A stretch of DNA of 64,000 bases from the NCBI GenBank assembly GCA_964552235.1, contig CAZKGO010000016.1:1048-65047 (forward strand), read 5' to 3'. Below are positions 54,414 through 62,988 of this stretch, in pieces. The stretch's first letter is position 1. Every line of letters begins with the position of its first letter. The translations under genes were made by a program, and so were the position numbers. This DNA is from an uncultured Spirochaetales bacterium (GTDB lineage Bacteria > Spirochaetota > Spirochaetia > SZUA-6 > CAVTHK01). Under the pieces are notes generated by a model, which did no database searches, was not told the DNA's origin, and worked only from the letters and a program-made list of their open reading frames with translations.

Positions 54414-55873
54414 AGATGGCGCCTCCTCAGCCAGATGACAAGCCCGGTGCCGAGCACGAGGACGGGCACGAGGATCACGGCGATGCCGGCGAAGACGAAG
54501 AACTGGACCTGGTTCATCCGCAGCGGCAGGCGGATCAGGCTCTTGGGCCGGATCGAGATCAGCTCCTTCTGCCCCTGCAGCCAGGTGAGGCTGTTGAGCA
54601 CGAAGTCCTTGTTGCCCGGGCCGGTGAGCGGCAGGCCGAAGGCCCGCTCGGGGTACAGCACGAAGGAGCTGCCGGCCACCACCAGGCGGCTCTCGCCCGC
54701 CTCGCGCTCGCCCTTGTCGGTGACGGCCACCACCAGCTGGAAAGGCCCCCGCCGGTCTGCGAGGGTCTGCTCGGTGCTCTCGCTCTTGAGGTCGACCTTG
54801 CCCCAGGCGCGCTCGCTGGTGCTCAGCACCTTCTCGATCTCCACGGTGCGCCTCTTGGTGTCCAGCTCGACGACCGCCTGGGATCGGGGGAACAGCACCG
54901 GCAGGTCGCTGCTCCGCAGGCTGCTGGTGATCGCGTGGTAGCTCATCTCGGGCACGAGCCCGATCGGCACCTGCGGCACGTGGAAGTTCGGATCGCGCTC
55001 GATGACCAGCACGGGGTCGAGGCCGACGCCGTAGGTGCGCAGGATCGCCTCGAAGCGCGGCAGCGTCTTGACGTCGGCGTTGAGGTCCATCATGAACAGG
55101 CCGTGCCTGCGGCGGTCCACGAGGAACTCGCGCAGCTTCTGCTCCTCGACCTCCTGGAGATCGCGCCGGGGCCCGATCACCATCACAGTGTCGGCGTTGT
55201 CGGGGACCTTGGGGCTGGTGAGCAGGTTCAGGTCCTCGATCACGTAGTTCTCCGCACGCAGCTGCTCGCGCAGCTCGTAGGGAAAGGCGCGCTCGTCGTG
55301 GCCCTGGAGGATGTAGACCGTCGGCTGCTTTGCCGTCGTGACGGCGAGGAGCGCGCCGGTGAGCTTCTGCTCGATCTTGACCGACTGGGCGTAGCGCTGG
55401 CCAAAGGGATCGCCGCCCTGCGGATCGGAGTAGTTGAAGAAGTCGTACTGGCTGATGACCTGGAAGCGGGTGCCGCTCTCCACGATGAGGCTGTTGGCCC
55501 CCGGCTCCCGGTTCTCCTGCTTGTACTTGGCCAAGAAGCCGGGGTTGCGGTACGGATCGATGTTCTTGACCTGGATGCGCTTGCTGCGCTGCTGGTACTT
55601 CTCCAGGATGGCAACGGCAAAGTCCATCTCCTTGCCGGTCTCGAACAGCGTGTAGATCATCACGTCCTGCTGGAGGCCGTCGAGCAGCTTGGTTGTCTGC
55701 TCGGAGAGGGTGAACAGCTTGCTCTCGGTGAGGTCCGCCTTTGCCGGGATCTGTCCGACGAGGATGTTCAGGGCCACCACGAGGGCGATGACGACGAACG
55801 ACACCAGGGCGGCGTAGCCGCCGTACCTGAACTTGGGGTTCTTGAACGACTGGTAAATCTTGCCGAGATTCAT
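54410..55873 (-). CDS. GldG-family ABC-system auxiliary protein
   Basis: N- and C-terminal TM segments flank a large extracytoplasmic domain. Follows an ABC-2 permease and ATPase. Confidence 0.7.
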   Translation of the reverse strand: MNLGKIYQSFKNPKFRYGGYAALVSFVVIALVVALNILVGQIPAKADLTESKLFTLSEQTTKLLDGLQQDVMIYTLFETGKEMDFAVAILEKYQQRSKRIQVKNIDPYRNPGFLAKYKQENREPGANSLIVESGTRFQVISQYDFFNYSDPQGGDPFGQRYAQSVKIEQKLTGALLAVTTAKQPTVYILQGHDERAFPYELREQLRAENYVIEDLNLLTSPKVPDNADTVMVIGPRRDLQEVEEQKLREFLVDRRRHGLFMMDLNADVKTLPRFEAILRTYGVGLDPVLVIERDPNFHVPQVPIGLVPEMSYHAITSSLRSSDLPVLFPRSQAVVELDTKRRTVEIEKVLSTSERAWGKVDLKSESTEQTLADRRGPFQLVVAVTDKGEREAGESRLVVAGSSFVLYPERAFGLPLTGPGNKDFVLNSLTWLQGQKELISIRPKSLIRLPLRMNQVQFFVFAGIAVILVPVLVLGTGLVIWLRRRHL

Positions 55874-55883
55874 GGCGCGTCTC

Positions 55884-56756
55884 CTACTGCCACCGGCGCT
55901 TCTCGATGACGCGGACCGTGAGGAACACGAACACCGCGCAGAAGCTCAGGTAGTACACGACGGGGCTCAGGCCGAGGATGCCGAGGCTGAAGTCCTGGTA
56001 GCGCTCCAGCAGCGAGAACCACTTGAGCACCTTGACGATGAAGCCGTCGAAGTTCCCAGACTTGGGGCCGATCACGAAGTAGAACAGCGCGATCACCCCG
56101 CCGCCGACGAGCGCCGCGGCCACCGGAACCACCCAGTTGCGAAGGGTGAAGTAGAGGAACACCGCCACCGCCAGGACCAGCAGGCCCGCAAAGGCGGCCC
56201 CGGAGACCGGGTCGGCCGGCAGCCCCTGCTGCAGCGCGTCGAGGATCCACATGATCAGCAGGGCGGCAAAGGTCACCACCGCGGCGATCACCTGGTTGTC
56301 GGTGAGCGACGAGATGAACAGGCCGACGGCCACAAAGGAGCTGCCCAGGAGGAAGAAGCCGATGTAGCCGCCGACGATCTCGCTCAGCACGACGCTGCCC
56401 ACCAGCGAGATCAGCAGCGGGTAGAGAAAGGTGATGACCAGCGTGAGCAGCAGCACCGCGATCGCCGCGAAGTACTTGCCGAGCACCATGCCGGTCAGCG
56501 ACAGCGGGCTGGTCAGCAGCAGCTGGTCGGTCTTTTGCCGCGCCTCCTCGGACAGCAGGCGCATCGTGAGGATCGGCACGACGATGAGGAAGATAAAGGT
56601 GATCGTGCCGAGCATGCCGGTGTAGTTCGGGCTCTGAGGGATCAGGTTGTTGAACACGAAGAAGATGCCCGACAGCAGCAGGAAGAACCCCATGAAGATG
56701 AAGCCGGTGATGTTCTCCAAGTAGCTCTTGAGCTCCCTGACAAAGACCGCGATCAT
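55884..56756 (-). CDS. ABC-2 type transporter permease (GldF-like)
   Basis: 290 aa, six predicted TM segments. ATGA overlap with the ATPase stop. Confidence 0.8.
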   Translation of the reverse strand: MIAVFVRELKSYLENITGFIFMGFFLLLSGIFFVFNNLIPQSPNYTGMLGTITFIFLIVVPILTMRLLSEEARQKTDQLLLTSPLSLTGMVLGKYFAAIAVLLLTLVITFLYPLLISLVGSVVLSEIVGGYIGFFLLGSSFVAVGLFISSLTDNQVIAAVVTFAALLIMWILDALQQGLPADPVSGAAFAGLLVLAVAVFLYFTLRNWVVPVAAALVGGGVIALFYFVIGPKSGNFDGFIVKVLKWFSLLERYQDFSLGILGLSPVVYYLSFCAVFVFLTVRVIEKRRWQ

Positions 56757-57724
56757 TGCTGAGCCTCCCCGGCCGGCTCCTCGGCCGGCTTCTCGTCCTC
56801 CGTGAGCTGGATGAAGATGTCCTCGAGGCTGATGTCGCTGGAGCGCATCATGAGGATCGGGCAGTCGGCCTTGCTCATCGCGTAGAAGACCGGCCTGCGC
56901 ACGTCCTCATTGGGGCTGGACTCGACGTAGATGTCGAAGCTGCCCTCTTCGCGGCTGCCGAGGCTCTCGGCATGCTTGACCGCAGGCAGCCCGCGGATCG
57001 CGTCGAGGGCCCTGGACTCGGGCCCGGCGACCCGCACCGTGAGCTTGTGCCCGCCGCTCATGTCCGCCGACAGCTTGTCGATCGAGTCGCTGGCCACGAT
57101 GCGGCCCCGGTGGATGATGATCACCCGCTCGCAGACCGCCGTGACCTCGGGCAGGATGTGGGAGCTGAGCACGATCGTGTGCTCCCTGCCGAGCTCCTTG
57201 ATCAGGTTGCGGATCTCGATGATCTGCCTCGGATCGAGGCCGATGGTCGGCTCATCGAGGATCAGCACCGGGGGATTGCCGACCAGCGCCTGGGCGAGGC
57301 CGACTCTCTGGCGGTAGCCCTTGGACAGGTTCTTGATCAGCCGGTCCTTGTGGTCGAGGATCTTGACCGTCTCCATGATGCCGCCGAGGGCGTCCCTGCG
57401 GCCCTTGCGCGGCACCTTTTTGATGTTGGCCACGAAGTCGAGGTACTCGCCGACCGTCATCTCCAGGTACAGCGGCGGCTGCTCGGGCAGGTAGCCGATC
57501 TGCCGCTTGACCTCCATCGGCTCCTCGAGCACGTCCTTGCCGCCGACGCTCACGCTGCCTTCGGTGGCCGAGATGTACCCCGTGACGATGTTCATCGTCG
57601 TAGACTTGCCGGCCCCGTTGGGGCCCAGGAACCCGACGATCTCCCCTTTTTCGATTCCGAAGCTCAGGTGGTCTATGGCCGTGTGCTGGCCGTAGCGCTT
57701 GGTTAGTTCTCTGACCTCTATCAA
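56753..57724 (-). CDS. ABC transporter ATP-binding protein (GldA-like)
   Basis: GPNGAGKST, LSKGYRQRVGLAQAL and LILDEPT. TTG start 57724 follows GAGGAGGAG. Confidence 0.9.
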   Translation of the reverse strand: MIEVRELTKRYGQHTAIDHLSFGIEKGEIVGFLGPNGAGKSTTMNIVTGYISATEGSVSVGGKDVLEEPMEVKRQIGYLPEQPPLYLEMTVGEYLDFVANIKKVPRKGRRDALGGIMETVKILDHKDRLIKNLSKGYRQRVGLAQALVGNPPVLILDEPTIGLDPRQIIEIRNLIKELGREHTIVLSSHILPEVTAVCERVIIIHRGRIVASDSIDKLSADMSGGHKLTVRVAGPESRALDAIRGLPAVKHAESLGSREEGSFDIYVESSPNEDVRRPVFYAMSKADCPILMMRSSDISLEDIFIQLTEDEKPAEEPAGEAQQ

Positions 57725-57966
57725 GGGTCTCCTCCTCGCGCGGAAGCGGTTCGTGGGACGTTTTTCGCCGTGCCGCGGCCCCGAACGGGGCCGGAACCGG
57801 GCGTGAGCCTACCCGAAAGCGTCACCAGTGTGCAAGCCGACACCTGGCAGTCCCCCGGCCTCCCGTGCATGCGCAGTCTCTAGGCTATGTCAACTCGATT
57901 CTGTGAAAAGAATAATAGCGACCCGGGCACGCCCGCGGCAAGACAGACGCCTGCCTGGCCTTTGGC

Positions 57967-59279
57967 CTACGGGTTGAGTCGAACGACGACGAAATCGTAG
58001 TCATCCGACTCCGGACAGACACTTCCGGCAAGGAGGATCTTGCCGTCCCCCTGCACCGCGACCGGGGCCCGCATGTCGGTGTTGTCGTGTGTCTGCAGGG
58101 ACGTCTTGACGATTCCGCCGGCGAACTCTGTATCGACAGCCCCCTGGGCCGTGAATCGGGCTACCGATATGTATCTCGACCCGCCGTGGTAGACGACGCC
58201 GCCGACGAGCAGCTTTCCGTCGGACTGGACTGCCAGCGACTGGCCCAAGTCGGGGGTGGTGTCAAAGTCCGCCGTGCCAATGCCGGCGGTCCCGAAGGAG
58301 GCGTCAAGGCTCCCGTCTTCAGTGAACCGCGCTACGGCGAAGTCAGTGTTCGAGCCATTGTTGATCTCGCCGCCGAGGGTGATTTTCCCGTCAGCGGCTG
58401 CCACCATGGCTCTGGCGTAGTCCGTATGGGGACCGCCTGCGCGTGCTACGCCGCCGGTCCCGAAATCCGAGTCGAGCGTTCCGGCACCGTCGCAGCGTAC
58501 GACCACAAAGTCGTGGTCGCCGTCGTAGCTGTACCCCCCGACGGCGATCTTTCCCGAGTAGATGGCGACGGAAAACGCCTCGTCGTCGCCCGCCGCGCTT
58601 GGAATGACCAGCTTTCCGTCTGTGTCGAACGACGTATCGAGCGCCCCACTCGAGAGGAACCGGAGGATCGTGATGTCCTGGTCACTCCCGTTGGAGCTGG
58701 AACCGGCTACGACGATCCGGCCGCTGGGGTCGAGGGTGACAGCGTAGCCAAAATCCCATCCGCTGCTCACGTCGACCGTGAGCTTCCCATCGCTGTCGAA
58801 CGTGGTGTCGAGCTGGCCGTTGGCCGTGTAGCGGACGAGCGAAACATCGTTGTTGGCGCCGTTGTGCGAGTGTCCTGCAGCGACGATCGCGCCGTCGGAC
58901 TGAACCGCGATCGCCCGCGCGCAGTCGTAGCCGCCGGCCACATCGGTCGTCACGATGCCGCCGGTGCCGAACGATCCGTCCGGCTGGCCTGTCGTGGTCA
59001 GTCGGCACAAGGCGTAACCGCCGCTGCTGGTCCCTGCCACAAGAACCCTGCCGTCGGGAAGGGCGTGCATCGCCCCAGGCACCAGTCAATGCTGTTGCCG
59101 GGGGGGCCGACGGGGATGATAACAGCGCCGTTGGCGCCGAAGGACGCATCCAGAGAGCCCGCCGGAGGCGGTGGGGTCACAAGCGCCTCGATCTCTGCCG
59201 GCGGATCCGCGGCGGGCGGACAGCCGACCAGGGCGAGGGCGGCGGCCGTGGGCAGCACAAGCTTGGCCTTCATCGTCAT
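57967..59279 (-). pseudogene. Delta-60-repeat (beta-propeller) lipoprotein with an apparent frameshift at a C4/G4 run near 59073-59076
   Basis: MTMKAKLVLPTAAALALVGC (lipobox) ...LDASFGANGAVIIPVGPPGNSIDWCLG reads in the frame of ORF 58998..60281. It continues as AMHALPDGRVLVAG...PDGSFGTGG...LDTTFDSDG... in ORF 57967..59082. One extra G restores the frame. Confidence 0.6.
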
Positions 59280-61097
59280 TCTCCCCACTGAACGGCGAGC
59301 CGCGCCGCCTCGGAGGCCCGCTGCGCCTCCTCGCCCCGCTGGGCGAGGTAAGCGAAACGCTCCGCCAGCTGCCGGTCGACGGCCGCGGCCTGCTCGTGGT
59401 AGCGGCGGGCCGCCCCGTAGTTCTCCTGCGCGTGGTTGGCGCGGGGGCAGGGCGATGAGCGCGGTTGCGTTCTGGCCGTCGGACCTGACGGCCCGTTCGT
59501 AGTAGGCCACCGCCTCGTTCATGCGGCCCTTCAGGTACTCGAGATTGCCCAGGTTGACCAGCGCGGGCGCCAGCTCGCGCCGGGCGATGGCGAGGTTGAG
59601 CTGCTCGCGGGCCTCGTCCTCCAGCCCGTAGCGGGCGTACAGCACGCCGAGCCGGTTGCGGGCGGCCGGGTCCTCCTGCTGCCGCAGCGACGCAAGGAGC
59701 TGCTGCTCGCGCCCCCGGATCTCCCGCGCCACCAGGCGCTCCATCTCGCCCGCAAAGGTGGCGCGCACCGCAGCCTCGGGCGGCGAGTCGAGCTGGAAGC
59801 TGCCCACGCCAAAGGCCACCGGCGCGTAGGTGCCCCAGGCATCGGCGGTGGGGTGGAACCCGGCCCGGCCCGCAGGCTGGTGCTCGCGCCACTGCCGCGC
59901 GCCGGCGGCCCAGGCCTGCAGGAAACCTTGCTTGAGGATGGTGGTCTCGATGGGGACCCAGACTGTCCCGTCCTTTGCGACGATCAGGTCCTCTACGGTC
60001 GAGAATGCCTGCCGCGCTTCCTGGCCGTCCTGGTCGAGCTTGAAGGCGGCATAGATGTGGCCGGGCACCGTGATGAACGCCGTCGGCACCCCCACGGCCT
60101 CCAGCAGCGCGCAGTAGGCGGCACTGAGGTCGTCGCAGTCGCCCGCCTTGAACTGCAGCGTCTGGCGCGGGAACTGCACGTAGTCCGCCGCCCGCTTGTC
60201 GGCCGAAAGCTCCTTGTACGACGACTTCGGGTCGACGACGTAGGAGAGGCCGTGCTCCCTGAGGGCCGCCAGCATCACCATCGCCAGCTGCAGGTTCGTC
60301 GATAGCGCGTCGCGCCGGCTCTCGCGGGCAAGCGACGCAGGGTTCTAGGCGAAGCGCTGCACCTCGTCATCCTTGGCTGTGACAAAGGCCGCGAGCTTGC
60401 GGTCGTCGTCCCACCGCAGCGCGTTCCGGTCGTAGAACTCCAACGTGATCGTCTCGCCGTCGCGGGCCGCAGAGCCATCGACCTTGTAGTCCGCGGCGAG
60501 GCGCGCGGCGACCTTGGTCCCTTCGGTGATCGAGAGCACCCGGTCGTTGAAGAGCACCGACAGCGGCACCTCCTGCGACTGGCCGGCAGCCAGCCGCTCG
60601 ATGCGGCCCGAGAGCTTGGGCGCGTCGACGTACTGCTCCATCGACAGGCGCACCTCGACGCCGGTCAGCGCCTTGCCGGAGGTGTTGGTCACCTTGAACT
60701 TTCCCACCGGGTGGGTGTCCTAGTACTTGAAGAGCACCGGGAAGACCGGCTGCAGCTCGACGTCGGAGATCTTCAGGAATCCGCCGGCGGGCAGCGCGCT
60801 CGGCCTCAGAAGCGGTGGAACCGCAACGGCAGGCAGCACGGCGCCGCCGGCTCCCGTGAGGCGCGTCGTGGCTCCCAGCCCCGCGGCGAGCCACGGCAGG
60901 CCGCCAAGGTGCGCCAGGGCGGCGGCGCCGGCGCCGAACCCCGGCTTGCAAAGGTCCGCGCTGTCGCCCAACGGCAGGGCGATGCCCGGACTGAGGCGCA
61001 GGCCCAGCGAGAGCCCCGACGGCTGCGCCCAGGCCGCGCCCGCAGCCAGAAAGAGCGCGCAGGCGAGGGCCGCGCGCCGAACCATGCCTCGGGACAT
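59276..61097 (-). pseudogene. Secreted transglutaminase-like/TPR protein disrupted by two in-frame TAG codons and one frameshift
   Basis: ATG 61097 (RBS GGGAGGTGG) and a signal peptide. TAG at 60720-60722 (VLFKY*DTHPVG) and at 60345-60347 (VQRFA*NPASLA). The core GDCDDLSAAYCALLEAVGVPTAFITVPGHIY is transglutaminase-like. TPR-like NLGNLEYLKGRMNEAVAYYERAV. The frame shifts at a G5 run (59443-59447), after which RANHAQENYGAARRYHEQ...QWGE* reads well. Confidence 0.6.
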
Positions 61098-61236
61098 GGC
61101 CACCTCCCGCGGACCCGGCTCGATCGCCGGGCACCGGTTCGCTTGCATCGTGAAGTGCAGTTCAAGCCCGGGGGCGCACACAAGGCGAGGCGAGCCTGCT
61201 ATGCGAGCCTTCGAATGGAGCGGGGCGGCCCCGCGC

Positions 61237-61779
61237 TCACGCGCCGGGGCTCGCGGCCAGCAGCTCTTCCAGGAAGGCGATGTCGGCCAGGTCGGCGGCG
61301 CTCTTGTCCTCCCGCGCGCGCTTGAGCGCCAGCAGGTCCTCGGGCGAGGCGACCAGGATCCGGAAGTCGTCCACTTCGAAGGAGCGGGCTCTCTCGCGCA
61401 GCCGCATCACGGGGACCGCGAGGTCGAACAGAAAGTCCACCTGGGTGCCGATGTCGATCTGGCGCAGGGGCACCCGGGTCGTCAGGGCCCCGCACTGCAC
61501 AAAGGTCATCGAGCTCACCCCGGAGCCCTCGACCCACGCCGAGGCCTCCAGCGCGCTCGGCTGCAGCTCGGCGTCGCGCTCGCCGACCGCGGACAGCAGC
61601 CGGAATCCCCGCTCGTACATCAGCTCGATCACCCGGCCGGTGTCGAGTGAGCGGATCGCCAGGTCCATGTCGTGGGTGACGCGGGGGCTGTTGTAGATGC
61701 GCAGCGCCAGCCCTCCGATCAGGACCGCCGGGATCCTGCGCTCAACGAGAAGGCGGAGGATCTCCTTTTTCGTGACCAT
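61237..61779 (-). CDS. Minimal nucleotidyltransferase-fold protein (DUF2204/AbiEii-like)
   Basis: LIGGLALRIYNSPRVTHDMDLAI matches the GG.A...(x)R.T.D.D pattern of Pol-beta-type NTases. 180 aa. Confidence 0.55.
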   Translation of the reverse strand: MVTKKEILRLLVERRIPAVLIGGLALRIYNSPRVTHDMDLAIRSLDTGRVIELMYERGFRLLSAVGERDAELQPSALEASAWVEGSGVSSMTFVQCGALTTRVPLRQIDIGTQVDFLFDLAVPVMRLRERARSFEVDDFRILVASPEDLLALKRAREDKSAADLADIAFLEELLAASPGA

Positions 61780-61939
61780 GACTCCGGCCTGCCTTTCTCC
61801 TGCGCAGATAGGTTTCCGCGTAGCGCGGGTGCAGCGCGAGCAGCTCCCGCGACTCCCTTTCGGCGAGTTCGATCTTCTCGGAGGCCGAGAGGGCGGCCAG
61901 GGCGGCATCGCGCAGCGCGCGGGCAATCGGCTTGTTCAC
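61742..61939 (-). CDS. Small ORF (65 aa), possible partner/antitoxin
   Basis: GTG 61939 forms a GTGA overlap with the HEPN stop. High GC3 over the first ~45 codons. The 3' end overlaps the next gene by 38 nt. Confidence 0.4.
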   Translation of the reverse strand: MNKPIARALRDAALAALSASEKIELAERESRELLALHPRYAETYLRRRKAGRSHGHEKGDPPPSR

Positions 61940-62343
61940 CCCATGCCCCGGGCGACGACGTCGAGCACGCGTCGCGCCTCCTCCAGGGCGCGCTCGGCGT
62001 CGTCGCGGTTGTAGAACTGCGACGGGGTGAGGTCCTCGCTGCCGTAGAACGCCAGCTCGCGGTCGCGGCGCAGGTCCTTGGAGATCCGGATCAGCTCATC
62101 GACGTCGCCTCGCACGCTCTCGGGGAGCCGTTCGCGGTTGTCGTCGAGCAGAGGGCTCACGTCGTGGACGCGCGGGACCTCGATGCGGGCCGAACGCAGC
62201 AGCGCCTTGAGCAGGATCTCGACGGCCTCCTGCGACTCCCGCACGACGTCCGGCCAGCTCTGTTCGCGAGCGAGCACCTCGACGGCGAGCAGCCGCGCCC
62301 TGGCGCGCTTGAGGTAGTCGGCGGCCAGCGACTCGTTATGCAT
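61936..62343 (-). CDS. HEPN-domain protein
   Basis: 135 aa, four-helix-type sequence with ...DLRRDRELAFYG..., the R-x3-(A/S)-x-YG motif of PF05168-type HEPN as recalled. Overlaps the MNT gene by 8 nt. Confidence 0.65.
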   Translation of the reverse strand: MHNESLAADYLKRARARLLAVEVLAREQSWPDVVRESQEAVEILLKALLRSARIEVPRVHDVSPLLDDNRERLPESVRGDVDELIRISKDLRRDRELAFYGSEDLTPSQFYNRDDAERALEEARRVLDVVARGMG

Positions 62344-62902
62344 GGGACTCGATCGCGCGCCCGCGGACCCAGTACGGATGGCCGTGGGCCTCCTCGCGCC
62401 TGATGAGGCCGGCAGCGGCGGCCCTGCGTATGCGCGACAGCAGCCGCGCCAGGCGCTGGCGGCTGTCGCGCAGCACGATGCCGTCCATCGCCGCCTCGTA
62501 CCAGATGCCGCCGGAGTCCTCGACAGCGGCAGGCAGGCTCACGAAGTGCGGCGTCTCGACCGCATTCGAAGAGCCGGCCGCGCTATCCCAGCGCCTGTAC
62601 AGATCCCGCGTGATCGCCGCCCGAGGCTCGAGGACCACCAGCAGGTCCACGTCGGAGCCCGGCCGCTGCGTGCCGCGGGCCGTCGAGCCGAAGAGGATCA
62701 CGCCCACGAGGTCGCGCCCGAACTCGGCCTCGAGCCAGGCCATCCACTCCGGCTGGCGATCCGGCGCGCCGGACACGGCGGCCTCGAGGACGGCGACGCA
62801 GTACTCGTTGAGCGACTGTCCCCGGGCGGAGGCTTGCTCGCGCACGAGTGCGTGGAGCGCCGGAGGCAGACGAAGCACGAATTTCCCGGAAGCAGCCTTC
62901 AC
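62336..62902 (-). CDS. RHH/HicB-like DNA-binding domain fused to a minimal nucleotidyltransferase (MNT)
   Basis: FVLRLPPALHALVREQASARGQSLNEYCVAVLE (HicB/Arc-like), then ILFGSTARGT...GSDVDLLVVL (MNT signature). Confidence 0.75.
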   Translation of the reverse strand: MKAASGKFVLRLPPALHALVREQASARGQSLNEYCVAVLEAAVSGAPDRQPEWMAWLEAEFGRDLVGVILFGSTARGTQRPGSDVDLLVVLEPRAAITRDLYRRWDSAAGSSNAVETPHFVSLPAAVEDSGGIWYEAAMDGIVLRDSRQRLARLLSRIRRAAAAGLIRREEAHGHPYWVRGRAIESHA

Positions 62903-62909
62903 CTTTCCA

Positions 62910-62938
62910 ATAGTACTATAGTATCATCGCCTTGTCAA
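62910..62938 (-). promoter_or_regulatory. Promoter TTGACA-17-TACTAT with an overlapping 10-bp palindrome ATAGTACTAT
   Basis: tgtcaa at 62933-62938 and atagta at 62910-62915. The GTG at 62902 lies about where transcription would start. Confidence 0.55.
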
Positions 62939-62988
62939 CGGCGAAGGCTGCTGCAGCCTGGAGCGGCGCCGCCCAGCCGGCGCGCCTC

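Noticed and set aside
59100-59106. The 7-G homopolymer as the phase-variation or frameshift site of the delta-60 lipoprotein gene.
   Set aside because: Changing the run by +1 gives an immediate TGA, and changing it by -1 enters the third frame. Neither joins the two protein-like halves. The frame break maps about 25 nt downstream, at a 4-nt run.
60347-61097. Exact 375-nt spacing (ATG 61097 to TAG 60722 to TAG 60347), suggesting a tandem duplication.
   Set aside because: The two 125-codon segments share no sequence similarity at the protein level, so the spacing is most likely coincidence.
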